Below are positions 1 to 13,149 of a stretch of 64,000 bases of DNA, piece by piece. Positions within the stretch are counted from its first letter, which is position 1. Each line of letters begins with the position of its first letter. The notes under the pieces are model-generated. The model did no database searches, was not told where the DNA came from, and saw nothing but the letters and a program-made list of their open reading frames with translations. The stretch is from Chiloscyllium plagiosum (lineage: Eukaryota): the NCBI RefSeq assembly GCF_004010195.1, contig NC_057719.1:2883735-2947734 (forward strand), read 5' to 3'. Position numbers and translations under genes: made by a program.

Positions 1-570
1 TTGAGTTCTGGGGTCCTGAGGTCATGTTGCAGTTGTATAAGACTCTGGTGCGGCTGCATCTGGAGTATTGTGCAGTTTTGGTTGCCATACTATAGGAAGG
101 ATGTGGAGGCACTGGAACGGGTGCAGAGGAGGTTTACCAGGATGTTGCCTGGTATGGTAGGAAGATCGTATGAGGAAAGGTTGAGGCACTTGGGGTTGTT
201 TTCATTGGAGAAAAGAAGGTTTCGGGGTGACTTGATAGAGGTGTATAAGATGATTAGGGGTTTAGATAGGGTTGACCGTGAGAACCTTTTTCCACGTATG
301 GAGTCAGCTATTATGAGGGGGCATAGCTTTAAATTAAGGGGTGGTAGGTATAGGACAGATGTTAGGGGTAGGTTCTTTACTCAGCGAGTCGTGAGTTCAT
401 GGAATGCCCTGCCAGTAGCAGTGGTGGACTCTCCCTCTTTATGGGCATTTAAGCGGGCATTGGATAGGCATATGGAGGATAGTGGGCTAGCGTAGGTTAG
501 GTGGGCTTGGATCGGCGCAACATCAAGGGCCAAAGGGCCTGTACTGCACTGTATTCTTCTCTGTTCTATG
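1..570 (+). mobile_element. CR1-clade LINE 3' end (ORF2 C-terminus plus 3' UTR)
   Basis: ORF 1..495 reads VQFWLPYYRKDVEALERVQRRFTRMLPG...LFSLEKRRFRGDLIEVYK, the typical CR1 ORF2 tail; ends gggccaaagggcctgtactg...ctctgttctatg. Confidence 0.95.
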
Positions 571-584
571 GAGGAGGAAGGTAA

Positions 585-792
585 AAGATAGGTTTAGATA
601 AATGAGTTGTACATAATTGTTAGTTTTTAAATCTAAGAATATTAACTAAGTTGTTGATTTTTACTTTAAAAATACTTCCTTTTGGAATAGTTCTTTGCCT
701 CTCGAATTTTCACAGATGACAGCACGGGGTAAATCTTTTCTGTGCTGCTGGTTTAAATTAGCTGGAGGAGGGTTTACCCCATGTTCTAACAG
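585..792 (+). mobile_element. LTR-like 3' fragment
   Basis: AT-rich segment ending ...gggtttaccccatgttctaaca, resembling an LTR terminus; no internal domain seen. Confidence 0.35.
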
Positions 793-1259
793 TGATCTTT
801 TTTCCAATTTGGACTTTTTTTTAAAATGAGCTTTTCTGAGGTCTTCATTGAACAGCTGAGTTGTTTATACATTCTAAGTTTACTATATACATTTTAAAGT
901 GATTTTGTTTTACATTGCAAAAGTTTTTTTGAAAAGCCAAATCATTTATTTGAAATAAAAGGGCTGTGTCTTTGTTTCTTGGTCAGCTCTGGAAAAAAAT
1001 TTTTTTCCTCTGAGGAATTTGTTGAAGAGGAGTTGTTTTTTATTCAGTTAATTAGGTAAGTGGTTGCTTTTATTTAAGATTTATATGTTTGAGATATATA
1101 TATACTTTTAATTTTATCCATATAAACATTTTCTGTAGGTAATAAAAAGGTAGTTTATTTTATATATGAGGTATTACTGAAAGTTTGTTTTTATGCTTAA
1201 TGTTATTAAGTGCATATCTGAAGTACTGAGTGAGGTACTGTTACACAGCAGGATCAGCT

Positions 1260-1850
1260 GATATACAGGTGACTGTCAGGAAAGGTGAGGAGGTAGTTCA
1301 AAAATGAAGTCATGATCACTGAACATTTTTAAGACACGGGTGGGTAGATTCTTGTTAGGCAGGGGTAATAAGAGGACAGTCAAATCACAAACACAGAACA
1401 GCCATGATCTTTTTGAATGGCGAAGCAGGTCTAAAAGGCTGGACATCTATTTTTGTTCCTTTTTCTTCGTATGAGGAAAGATTTGGTTGACTAACTCTAC
1501 ACCCACCGGAATTTAGAAGAATGGAGATAGGATTTCAATGAATGTATAAACTTCTGACAAGATGGATAGACTGTAAAAATATCATTTCTCCTAGCTGCTG
1601 AGTCCTGAACAAGGGATCATTGTTTCTATATAGGGGTAGGCTTTGAGTTGAAATGAAGAAATCTGTGGAATCCTTTACCACAGGAGACGCAGAAGTCAAG
1701 TCTCTGAATATGTTTAAGAATGAAATAGAATTCTAGAGACTAGAGGTGTCAACGGAATGGGGAGAGAAGTATGGCATTGAGCGAGGATGAGCCATGACGG
1801 CAGTCTCAGTGGACTGGACTGAAGGGCCTACTCCCACTCTTATTTTCTAC
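1260..1850 (+). mobile_element. Two degenerate CR1-like 3' ends
   Basis: gccatgatctttttgaatggcgaagcaggt...aaggctg and tttagaagaatg...ggactgaagggcctactcc, matching the 3' ends of other CR1 copies in the window. Confidence 0.7.
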
Positions 1851-2124
1851 TTTCTTTCATGCACATGTACCCAATAACTATATTTGTCTTTCCATAGATT
1901 GTGGAAAAGGGATCCAGGCCTAAGAGAGAGAGAATAGATGATGGCTTCAAAGGACAATAGGTCCCTGCAAGCCTCCACCAGGCCATAAGCAGAAGGTAAG
2001 AGTGTTTGCCCATGGCAAAAGTAACGAACTGCTAAGTGGGTTAAGAGAGAAAGTGTGATGCATGCTGTCCTTATGGATTCGTGATTTAAGAGTAGTCAGA
2101 TGAAGCAAGTTGTAAAATCATAAT

Positions 2125-2640
2125 ATCCTTTCAAGCTGGTCTGAGATGTCCCTCACCCTGGCACCAGGCAGGCAACATACCACGGGGGAACTTTCGACCC
2201 TGCTTATCAAGGATGCTATCCATTCCCCTAATTATAGAATCCCCTACAACTAAACTTGTCTTTTTGCTCTTCCCTCTTGAATGGCCTCCTATATCCCCAG
2301 TGCTGTGCTCAGCTTCTCATCCTTCCTACAGCTTTGTTCCTCATCCATATAGGGAGCAAGTACCTCCTACTGTTGGACGAGGTCAAGAGCGGAGGCTCCT
2401 CTGTTCCTCCCTCTACCTGCCTCACTTGAAGTCACACCCTGCTGACCCTGACCACTGACCAAAACTGAGGTACTTAATCTACCAGGTGTGACCAACTTGT
2501 GAAACAAAGTGTCCAGATAACTCTCCTACTCCTGGATATGTCACAGTGTCCGAAGCTCGAACTCCAGCTCATCAATCTGAGCCAAAGTTCCTCCAGCAGC
2601 TAACACTTGCTGCAGACTCCACTCCCTGGAAACAAGGCCT
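2125..2640 (-). mobile_element. CR1 ORF1 fragment (SGNH-esterase region)
   Basis: Minus strand translates in pieces to VGDSIIRGMDS and VVCCLPGARVRDISDQLE, the GDS/CLPGA motifs of the CR1 ORF1 esterase. Confidence 0.8.
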
Positions 2641-2689
2641 CACGGGCCCTCACAGTAATTTTATAACGTATAATTAAACCCAAATACCA

Positions 2690-5600
2690 TAATTGGGAAT
2701 GAGGCTGTTTATTTTGGAAGGGAGGAGATGGATGTTGCTGGGACTTCAAAAAAGACACATGGTTGAGAGGGTGGTGTAGTAGACTTGCTGGGAGATAGAC
2801 CAAAACATTGAGGGAAGCAGTCACGAGGGGACTCAGGTTGCAGTCAATGCCAGGACAGAATACCAATGTGGGAGCAAGCCAAGAGCAGCGGTTGAGAGTG
2901 GACTCAGGTTGCAGCCAATGGCTGAAGACGGTAGAACTCACCCGGGAGCTTTTGTAATTATTGAGAGAGTGTTCACAGAGGTGCCTCAGGTGACGGGCAG
3001 TTACCAGTTACTTAAGACTCAAGTGGCGGTAAGACGATTATTGGCACACCAATTTGGAGCAATGGGACTTTTTAATGAATTCTCAAAAATGGATTCTGCA
3101 TGCCGAATGTTTTAATTCAGGCTTGAAGGCAAAGAAAGTAGCTGAAGGCTTAATGGTACCAGGTTTTTTGAATGCCATTGATAGCAAGACCTTCACAATT
3201 CTATTGAGTCTGGTGCGACCACAGAAACCAGTGAAAAAATACGCATAAAGAACTATGTGAAGTGTTGGAAAGTCGTTTTGCTCCAAAGCCACTGGTGATC
3301 GAAGAATTCTTCAGTTTTTACAAATGCGTACGACGCGAAGGAAACTCCATCGCCAAACTTGTGGCCACTAAAGAAGTGAGCAGAAAATTGTGAATTCAGA
3401 AGATTCGTCCAGGATGTCGTGCGGGACGAGTTGGTTTGTGTCCTCCAACATGAAGACAATCAACAGAAGCTGCTAACAAAGAGATCGGGACTTCATGGCA
3501 GCTTTCGAAACCTCAATGAAGCTGACAGCCATTGAAGCAACACAGTTGAAAGTTGGTACCTGGATACATCAAACAGAAGCTCAGCTGAGTGTGGTACCAA
3601 CCGTGGAATGCTGCCAATGTGCCAAAATTAGTCACAAGGAGTCAGTACATTGGAATCAAGAAGCCCAGTGTAGAGAATGTAAATGAGTGGGCCACATTGC
3701 CCAAACAAGAGAAGGGAAATCAAATAATCCTGCGGTTGAAGCATAAGTTATCGTCACGGAGTAAACAGGAAGTCTGCTGGGTTGGCAAAAGGAGCAGAGT
3801 CAGCAGAGTTTGAGTTAATACTTCTGCCGGTACAGGGTGAAGCTGATCTGGGTTCTTCCCAAATCAGAGGGGGAAGACAATAAAGATGGAAATGCATATG
3901 GACACAGCAGTGTCTCTGATTTCCAAATCAGTCTATGGGGTGAGGTTGAGGACATTGCTGCTGGGGTGTGCCAAGATTGCACTACAGCCACACACCAATG
4001 TAGTGCCACTGAAGGATTATATACTGATGAAAGTACAGTTAAGGAACCAGTGTGCAGAATTTCCACTATGCACAGTAAAAGCCAATTACCCTGCATTATT
4101 CAGATGCTCCTGGTTATAAAAATGGAAGTTGAATTAAGGCGTGGTTAATACACTGATGGACTCAAAGATGAGTTTGCAAGAGATCCTGGACACGTAAAAA
4201 AATGTCTTCAAGGGAACCCTGGGGGAAATTAAAATTAAAATACAGCTGACAAGTGGAGTGCCAAAAGGATTGGTGCTGGGCCCTCTACTTTTTGTCATTT
4301 ACATAAATGATTTGGATGCGAACATAAAAGAGGTACAGTTAGTAAGTTTGCAGATGACACCAAAATTGGAGGTGTACTGAACAGCGAAGAGGGTTACCTC
4401 AGATTACAACAGGATCTGGACCAGATGGGCCAGTGGGCTGAGAAGTGGCAGATGGAGCTTAATTCAGATGAATGAGAGGTGCTGCATTTTGGGAAAGCAA
4501 ATCTTAGCAGGACTTATACACTTAATGGTAAGGTCCTAAGGAGTGTTGCTAAACAAAGAGACCTTGGAGTGCAGGTTCATAGTTCCTTGAAAGTAGAGTC
4601 GCAGGTAAATAGGATAGTGAAGAAGGCGTTTGGTATGCTTTCCTTCATTGGTCAGAGTATTGAGTACAGGAGTTGGGAGGCCATGTTGCGGCTGTACAGG
4701 ATACTGTTGGAATATTGCGTGCAATTCTGATCTTCCTATCGGAAAGATGTTGTGCAACTTGAAAGGGTTCAGAAAAGATTTACAAGGATGTTGCCAGGGT
4801 TGGAGGATCTGAGCTACAGGGAGAGGCTGAACATGCTGGGCCTGTTTTCCCTGGAGCATCAGAGGCTGAGGGGTGACCTTATGGTGGTTTACAAAATTAT
4901 GAGGGGCATGGATAGGATAAATAGACAATGTCTTTTCCCTGGGGTCAGGGAGTCCAGAACTAGAGGGCATAGGTTTAGGGTGAGAGGAGAAAGATATAAA
5001 AGAGACCTAAGGGGCAACTTTTTCACGCAGAGTTGTATGTGTATGAAATGAGCTGCCAGAGGATGTGGTGGAGGCTGGTACAATTGCAACATTTAAGAGG
5101 CATTTGGATGGGTGTACAAATATGAGTCAGGTGCTGGCAGGTGGGATTAGATTGAGTTGGGCTATCTGGTCGGCATGGACGGGTTGGACCGATGGTCTGT
5201 TTCCATTCTGTACCTCTCGATGATTCTATGAGCTGAAGCTGAAGGCTCTTCCGAGGAGTCCGAAGGCACTCCAGAACTGTATGCCATTCAGTCTAAAGTG
5301 GAACTGTAACAGCCAGTGAATCTGGGAGTGTTGGAACCAGTAACCACCAGTGAATGGGCCACTCCAATTGTTCCAGTCTTAAAAGCAGATGGCACGATGA
5401 GATTCTGTGGTGAGTATAAGGTCACAGACAACTTTGCCCTGAGTGCAGATCAATACCTACCTCCACTCAGAACACCTGTTCAGTCAACTGGAAAGGGGAA
5501 ATAAATGCTCAAAATTGAATCTGTCGCAGGTCTACTTACAGATTGGGGTCAGGAAACAGTCTCAGCCACTGCTGATGACTGTGACATACAGGGGATTCTG

Positions 5601-6050
5601 TGTAACAAGAAACTTTTTTTTTGACATTACGTCAGCGCTGGCTCTATTCCGAGGACCATGGACTACCACGAGACCAGTGTTAGTTGGATAAAATTTTGGT
5701 CACTGGCTCCTCCGAAGATAAGCATTTAAGAAGTGTAGAATAAACCTAAAGAAAGGGAGAACTGTCAGGTACTTTTAGGGACTCCATGCAAAAATCAATG
5801 CATTGGTTGCTAGAAAAAGCCATGGAAATGGACCCTGGGAAGAGGCTCACCGAGAGGTAAAGCTTTAAAATGGTCAGAAGTGTTCATTCATTTTGATCCA
5901 AGTTACCATTTCAGTTCTTGAGTAATGCCTTGCCTATTGCTATCGCAGCAAGGTTACTAACAAAGTTGAAGGAGAACTTTATGCAAGTCAAAAAAAGGAT
6001 TGGGCATAGTTTTCAGCAATTAAGAAAACACCCATTTCCTTAATGCCAGA
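2690..6050 (+). mobile_element. Decayed Gypsy LTR retrotransposon (gag plus RT remnants), interrupted by a CR1
   Basis: gag-like FLNAIDSKTFTILLSLVRPQKP; zinc-knuckle-like CCQCAKISH...QCRECK*VGH; RT motif GVLEPVTTSEWATPIVPVLKADGTMRFCGEYKVT (5316-5504); many stops and frameshifts. Confidence 0.85.
4245..5230 (+). mobile_element. 5'-truncated CR1 LINE inserted in the Gypsy remnant
   Basis: FADDTK motif (tttgcagatgacaccaaa); ORFs 4479-4730 and 4752-5051 (LERVQKRFTRMLPGL); CR1 3' tail at ~5150-5230. Confidence 0.95.
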
Positions 6051-6059
6051 CTACTGATT

Positions 6060-6352
6060 AACCACAGGCCACTAACCTTTCTGCTGTCTGGAAATAAATC
6101 TCTATTCTTTTTCTCTACTGTAATAATAGGTTTTATACAATTCATAATTTTTACTTCCTTGTTTAGTAAATATTTATATGCTAATAATGTTACTTGTGTT
6201 AATAAAAGTACACTGACAGCCTCTTATGAATGTGTTCTGTAACTAGCCTCCATGGTTAATAAAACAAAATAAAAATAAAAATAGGATCTAACCAGCCAGG
6301 TTTCACGCTGGGATCGGACTTGTCCAGTATTAACATCAGCTGAGATCATAAC
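6060..6352 (+). mobile_element. LTR-like 3' fragment
   Basis: AATAAA signals and terminus ...cagctgagatcataaca. Confidence 0.4.
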
Positions 6353-6474
6353 ATTGCTAGGTCAGCATGTATTCCGGCTCCACTGCAATACATATAAGTG
6401 ACTGCGCTATAACTGCTTACTAAGGTTACTTCATTGATATCTCTCGGAGAGCTTCTATCACCAAGAATGGGGAG

Positions 6475-7440
6475 GGGTGTGGCTACATAGAGGCAATGTT
6501 ACCGGACTGATAATCCAGAATCCCAGATACAGGTTTTGGATTTGAATCTCACTATGGTTAGTGATTCAGTTTGAATTTAATGAAAATCTAGAATGAAAAG
6601 CTAGCTTAATCGCAACCATGTAATCAGTGCCGATTGCAGTAAAAACCCATCTTATTCACTAGTCTTTTAAGGAACAAAATGTGCCAAGTTGGTCACGAAG
6701 CAGCAGTGCAATGTTCGGCCTGCTTAACACAGGGCCCGTCTGCTTGTTTACTTTCCTTCTTTTTCCCCTTTTATTTCACTCTTTTCTTTTCTTTTTCATT
6801 CTGCTGCATCTTCTGTGGGGCTTCAACAACAGCAAGGAGTCAGGGTGGCATGTTGCAGGATTCAGCAGTGGCAGCAGCAGATTCGAGAAGCAACTTTGAA
6901 GTGCCTGCAGCAGCAGTGAGGGTGTATTCTGAGGGTCTGCAGAGGCAGCAGGTTCAGAGGGCTTGCTGCAGCAGCGGGAGCTAGTTCAGAGAGCCTGCGG
7001 AGGCAGCAGAAGTAACTTCCAAGGGCCTGTCATGGCGTTGAAGTTTTGGAGAGGTAAGGTTACCTCACAGAGATAATAAAGTATGTCTGGATGCTCCCCC
7101 CTTTCTTCTTAATCATTCCTTTCACTTCTGCTTTATTTTTATTCTGGTTTTTGTACTTTAGATGGCTGTTTTGTCTAAAATGCTTTTAGTTTTAATTCCG
7201 TTTTTTCTAACCAAGATAATGCTGGTGAATGCTAACTTTATACAGTTTTCACTGCACTTCTGTACTTGAGTACATGTGACAATAAAACCTAATTCTAATT
7301 AAACTTAATTCTGATCTTTATTTGGTCTGGCTTATGTGCAACTCCAGAGCTACAGTAATGAGGTTCCCCCGCACAAGTAAGATTAGGAAAGATATACTGG
7401 CCTAGCCATTGTCAATATTCTATGAATGAATACAAAAAAA
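6475..7440 (+). mobile_element. DeuSINE/SacSINE1-like SINE split by a younger insertion (6690-7311)
   Basis: tRNA-like head (ggactgataatccaga...gaatctcac) and core aaaaacccatc...ttcact; resumes at ~7312 (tggtctggctta...actccagag); colinear with the copy at 46830-47170. Confidence 0.65.
6690..7311 (+). mobile_element. Non-autonomous retroelement with Rex1-like 3' tail
   Basis: Pyrimidine tract, internal gcagcag repeats, 3' end ttttcactgcac...tacatgtgacaataaa plus (ctaatt)n. Confidence 0.6.
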
Positions 7441-7744
7441 TGTAGAATCCACCAACAATGCAGTCTATGATGGTCAGTTAATAGCTTGGTTATGTTATGG
7501 CACAGCCTAAGAACAGAAAAAAAAGACTAAACTGAAACAATACTTTTCACAACCACCAAACTACTGCCAATAAAGTAGTTTAACAAGAGATTTCAGCATG
7601 GCAACATAGGAAATGCAACTGACATGCACTCAGCAAAATCTCACAAACAGCAATGTGATAATGACCAGATAATCTGTTTCCTACAATATTAATCAGGACC
7701 ACTGGGGAAAACTCACCTGTTCCTTAAATGAACTCTTTCTGGTT

Positions 7745-8455
7745 GCAAGATGGCAGCAGAATAGGACACTTCAGCCCGAGCTTATCCCTCTACTCATTGT
7801 TCTTTCCTTCCTCCTAGTGTTTTTTCTCATCATCTTTACTTCCCTTCCATTCCCGGCTGCTGGCAATGATTCCTGGTCTCTGGCATGTGACAATTCCTGG
7901 CCTCCAGTGAACAATGATTCCCAGCCTTTGGCAAGCAATGATTCCCAGACTCTAGGTGCAGTAGCCTCTAGGCGTTGGTATGAGAATCTCCCAGCGTGAT
8001 GTGGCAACCTGAAACTGGCCGCCCAGCACTGCATTGACCTTCTGGCCTGGCACAGCAGCCTCCTCCCATAAAGGCCTCACAGTGTGGTGTGGGTAACTCC
8101 TGGCCTCCTACCCTAGAGGCCTCCCAGTGTGGCAACCTCCCAAACAGGCACAGCAGCCTCTCAGTTTGGCAACTTTCCAGACTCCTGCAGCGGTCTCTCT
8201 CTGTGGCATGTCACCAGTGCATTGTGGAACCAGGGCCCAGTGTGGACTGAAAGCTAGAAACCAGCATGGTCTGTTGTATTTAACTTCTATCCTGTAATGC
8301 TAAACAGTTCATTTCAGTATTGTTTAAAATCTTATAACTAACAAAGCTATGCCTGGGTACTTTTGTATCTAATAAGTCAGCACTAATTTGAGACGCACAA
8401 ACTTTTCACCATATTCATTGAGTATATGTGACAATAAAGGCTATTCTATTCTAAT
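7745..8455 (+). mobile_element. Non-autonomous retroelement with Rex1-like 3' tail
   Basis: Starts caagatggcagcagaataggac; internal caatgattcc repeats at 7863-7950; ends acttttcacc...tatatgtgacaataaa...ctattctattctaa. Confidence 0.6.
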
Positions 8456-8639
8456 TGGTGTCATAAAATTGTTTACATCCACCCGGATAAGCCAACTGAG
8501 CTTCGGTTTAATGTTTTATCCAAAAGTTAACACCTCCAATGATGCAGTACTCTCAATGCTGGACTCAGTTTTTGTGGTCAATCCCTGAAATGGAACCTTA
8601 AGTCAAATCCTTGTGTAATACAGAAATAAAGGTGGAGTA

Positions 8640-9400
8640 GGACTTAGGTTCATTGTGGGTTAGTTGAACTTGATAAAGTATGCCAAGTAAAGCTGTTGCT
8701 TGATGATTGCTCAGCATATCCTGAAAATGAACATACTGTGAAAAGCAATGTGTTTTACCTCTGACCATAACATCATTGATATAGCCAACAAAACAAGGAA
8801 TTTTAAAAGATCCAAGCAATCTAACTATAAGGATGAATTTATGAGCATTCTCAGCGCTGTGAACCAACAGTTCAGGACAGTAGGATTCCAGGCAGCATTT
8901 TCAGTGAGACACCAACTGATTGCAGAGTGTGTGGAACCAAGTAAAGATAAGACAGCATGACTAACACTTGGTCCAACCTATGGCTAGCAACTATGTTTGC
9001 TGATGAAGACGTTGATGTTAATCTTGAACAATTTAGCATTATTTGGAGCAGATAAAGAGTTTGGAATAGTTAGACTAAGCAAAAGACTGGCTCACTCAGG
9101 TGGTGCAATAATTAGATGTGGAAGATATTGAAAACATTATGAATGTAGATAATGATGAACTCATTGTTCACAAACCTACATCTGGTGAAATTGTGGAAAT
9201 GTATTTTGATGATCTCACATTGGTGACCAAGTAAGGAAATTGCTCATAGAAAGATGTATAAAATAGTACAAAAATGTAAGTAATGAAGATGATAATTGAA
9301 TCAGAGATAATGCAGGTTTAGATTTTAAGAAAAAAGTAATCAAAAACTAAGCTCATGAAACAAATGAAACTAGCTAGTTTACTTAACTCGGCATCCAGTG
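8640..9400 (+). mobile_element. Tigger/pogo (Tc1-mariner) transposase relic
   Basis: KLLLDDCSAYP (8690-8722; cf. LLLDN.S.HP), TSLI*PTKQGIL (8770-8805; cf. TSLIQPMDQGII), EDIENIMNVDNDELIVHKPTSGEIVEM (9121-9201); frameshifted. Confidence 0.75.
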
Positions 9401-12400
9401 AGGGTTAGTGACATGCCTTCATCTTCAAGTGCAATTTCCAAGCTTGAAATCCCTATTGGTGATCCATCATTAGAAATCTCAGCTAAGTTCCATTCCTCAA
9501 GCTCAAGAGTAAGATCAACTTTCAGCCCGAATAATCAAAAAATAGAAAACGCACCATCCTTATATAGTTTTCTTACCATATGCAATATTGATTGTGCTGA
9601 AGTGCTAGCACAGTTTTTTAACTACAATTTTCACACCTCAAATGCAGAATAGCCTGCAATTCAGTCTTACCTTATTACTTAGCTTTGGTTTTCAAATGGC
9701 CTGCACTATTACATATTCTAAAAGGAACATACTCCTTTGACTTCACGTGCGCCTAATTCATTGAAACAAGGTTCAATCATTTTTTGGAAAACTTGCAAGA
9801 TCAGAAAATCAATCCTGAGATTGCTGGTTTGAAGATACTAACTGTAAAAGTCATTTATTAAGACTGTATTGAGAATACTGATTCCTAAATAAGTAAAATA
9901 ACATTTCATATAAAAACCTTTTGTTAGTTCTGATACAAGACCTTAATGGAAATTATTTTGTTATTTTGTGTAAAATTAGAGTTGAGAGCCCAAACTTTTA
10001 AGCATATAGTAGTGGCCAATTTTACTTGAGCAAAACTTTCAAAAGGTGTGACACTGATTGCTGGCCATAGTTCTGAATTCAGCAGTGAACAGCTGATGTG
10101 GGCTATTTATTGGTATTTCTGACATTTAATGAGCAATTTTCAAAGAAAAGCCTGTTATTACCAACCCTGCTTCCAAACTAGCATAATTTATATGAATAAT
10201 GAAAGATTTTAGATCAAAACATTGGGGGACTGAGACAAGATTATTACTCTAAATACACGGTAAATGTAAGGTTGGAGAATTAGGTTTGGGCAGAGTGTTG
10301 TTAAAGAATACCCAATAAGAAGCAATTGCAGGTGCACTGCAGTTTCTTTTTAAAGTGGATAAATATTTGAAAAGAAAATTAACTTCAAGTTTTGTGGGGA
10401 AAGGAAAAGGCATGGAATCACGGGGGAAAAAAGTGACATGGGTTGCATGGACTTCAATACTATAAAATTCTGTTTTTTGAATGGTCAATTAAGAGAAGAC
10501 TACTGATTTAGGTAACGACTTAGTCTTTCAAATTATATTCTAACATCTTTAATTTTGGTCAGATGACGTGACCACTTCTATGTTACACCTGAGCCCTGAC
10601 ACCTGACATTAACTCATCATTGCCCATTTAATTCAGAAGCAAGCAAATTCCTGCCTGAAATAGACAGAAACTTCTCCAGCGATGTCCATATCCCTTGAGT
10701 CACTGAACAAAATGTTGATTTCAATCGCTGCTAGGTTACCCAAACCTAACATATCCCCTGGGTGTTCCTCCTTTTCACACTTTAGTTACTCAAAGCCACT
10801 AAATTTATGAACTCCCATTCGGTGAGTTACATCCATAACTCAAACATAAGAACCCCATGATTTCATTCCAATAAAGCATCAAACTAAAGTTGCTAGACAG
10901 TGCTAGAATCTAGATAGTGCTGGAATCTAGACAGTATATATAGTAGACACGTCAACCTCTCATCCATTTTGAGTGTATGTTGAAAATTACTTCATCCAAG
11001 AAATATCAAATAGCATGACCTAACAAAATATTTGTTTCAACAGGCAGAAAAAAATGACGACATTTGATGAGACAAATAAAACTCAGAAACATTCTTAGAC
11101 CAGTAAATAGCCACATGCCTGCACAGTTGCAACTATAGGTATTAAGAATGTCCCTTTTAAATAAACAACAGCTCTGTTAGGACACAAAGCAAAACTGGCC
11201 AACTGAACAGCTTGCTGGGAAGGGAATACAGATAGTAAACCAAGAAACTTGCAGAATTCACTGTCAAATTGGAGCAGGTCAGGCAGATATGCAAGTTATT
11301 TACTTTGACTGACTATAATGAATGGGTATTGAGGAGACAATGCTGCAAGGTTTTAGATGGTACAGCAGATTAGAGTTTTGGTAGAACTGTTTTTGAGTGA
11401 GCCTTGCTCCTAGGATTGGTTCAATCAATATGAAAATTACAATATCCAAAACTGCCTTTTGTAACATCATTTCCTGGGACAGAAACTAACTCACATCAAG
11501 TAATTAAATTATGTTCATTACAATGCAGTATCAAACAGCTGTAACTACAATTGACAATTGTCAGTTACCATGCTGAAGTCGTAAACGGAGGTAAACGAAT
11601 GTACTTGGGGATAAATCGCAGAGTTGTATTTAAAAGGGCAACTCGATTCACACTCCACAGGGAGCATAGCATAAGCAGCAGGAACCTTGGGAGTGAGAAC
11701 AAGCTCAACCTCAGCTCAGCAAACTTTAACTGGGTTAATATACCATCTTGTGTTTCCAAAGCAAATTTTAAACCAGAAGAGAAAACGTAGCAAATTAAGA
11801 ACTGTAAGGTTACTCAGAAAATAAAGGGAATTACAGATTTCATAAAATCTCACGTATATATCATGTTTCAACAATAATAAACTATGTCTCATGGTAGACT
11901 ACATCGCATTATCAGTAAGTAAATCAGACATACACAAAAGCAAGGTTTACACAAGTTGTCAAACAATTAAACAGATAATGTCCCATGTTAATGCTTGCAT
12001 TATGACTGATTATTGGCAGGAAATTTGTTATGACTAATTGAGTTCAATTTGCTAACTGTTCAGAAAAGACTAAATTTGCTAACTTAGCAGCAAATTTTGC
12101 TCCAAACGTTAAACAAAAATTTCTTTGCATCATTACCCTGAAAATCAAACATCTTCAAGAATGAAGAGGAACACTCAAAACACCGAATATCCATCAGGAA
12201 GGTTAAATGAAATCTAAATTCGAACCATGACCCTCATAAGACTAAACACAGAATACATGCAAGTTTCAGTGAAGCATTTTACAACTTGTAATTAAAGTTA
12301 CTTTCTTATTTTATGTTAATTTATCAAAACTCACTGTAGCATATTTAAGGATAAGTATAGTGTTATCCCATCAAAGACAAACAATAGATACATATAAAAA

Positions 12401-12456
12401 AAACACTAATGAGAGAATCTAATGGATTAAAGACCAAATGTTTAGACTTCACTCAC

Positions 12457-12570
12457 TTTCTGTCTTGGTAAGAGTTCAAGATCTTCAAATGCTGGTTGCA
12501 TTTTTTTTTGTACAAAGACATTTGGCAGTGAAAGCTTGCTGCCAATTTACAGGAGCAATTTGACAATTTC
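12457..12570 (-). CDS. Internal exon (114 nt) of the unidentified minus-strand gene
   Basis: Acceptor attttatttgcag and donor gtgagt; open in phase 2-2 as KLSNCSCKLAASFHCQMSLYKKKCNQHLKILNSYQDR; non-repetitive sequence. Confidence 0.6.
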
Positions 12571-12685
12571 CTGCAAATAAAATGTTTATTCATCATATTG
12601 ATGCAGATGAATCAGTGTGATATCTTCTGCAGGTGAAATGATTCTGTGTACAATAAAACGCTCAATTTTGCTTCTTCAGGAATAC

Positions 12686-12709
12686 CTGTTGCCAGTTCTT
12701 TGCCAAAAC
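12686..12709 (-). CDS. 24-nt micro-exon of the same gene
   Basis: Acceptor tgttgtgcattccctctccag, donor cag|gtattc; frame-preserving; 115-nt intron to the next exon. Confidence 0.45.
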
Positions 12710-13149
12710 CTGGAGAGGGAATGCACAACAGAATCAACAACAATCCAATTCCAACAAATGACACTTTCTAACAAATGGAACAACATTTTGCCTGTGTGCA
12801 TCTTCATATATGAAATACAGACCAACTACCAGCCTGAACATGCCCCAGCCAACTGTAACACTGGATGAGTCAGTTCCCCAAGTGACAGGAAGCTTGAATG
12901 GCCATAAGTAATAGGCATTTTTATGAAGATTAATTACAGAACTTCTATATATATCTTTAACAAGAGAAGATTAAAGTTTATTCTAGAAATGAAAAATATA
13001 AACTATGTTACAAAATATAGAACATATCTGAAATAAATTTATTACATATAATTATGTTATAACTATTACAGAGACTTTACTGCAAGAGGAACAGATTGGC
13101 AGCTTAATATTCCTGGACTTAGGTGTCACAGGCAAGAGAGAGGAATGTC

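Noticed and set aside
11300..11473. Possible next minus-strand exon (EMMLQKAVLDIV...)
   Set aside because: Open only in phase 0, weak donor, no recognisable homology; insufficient support
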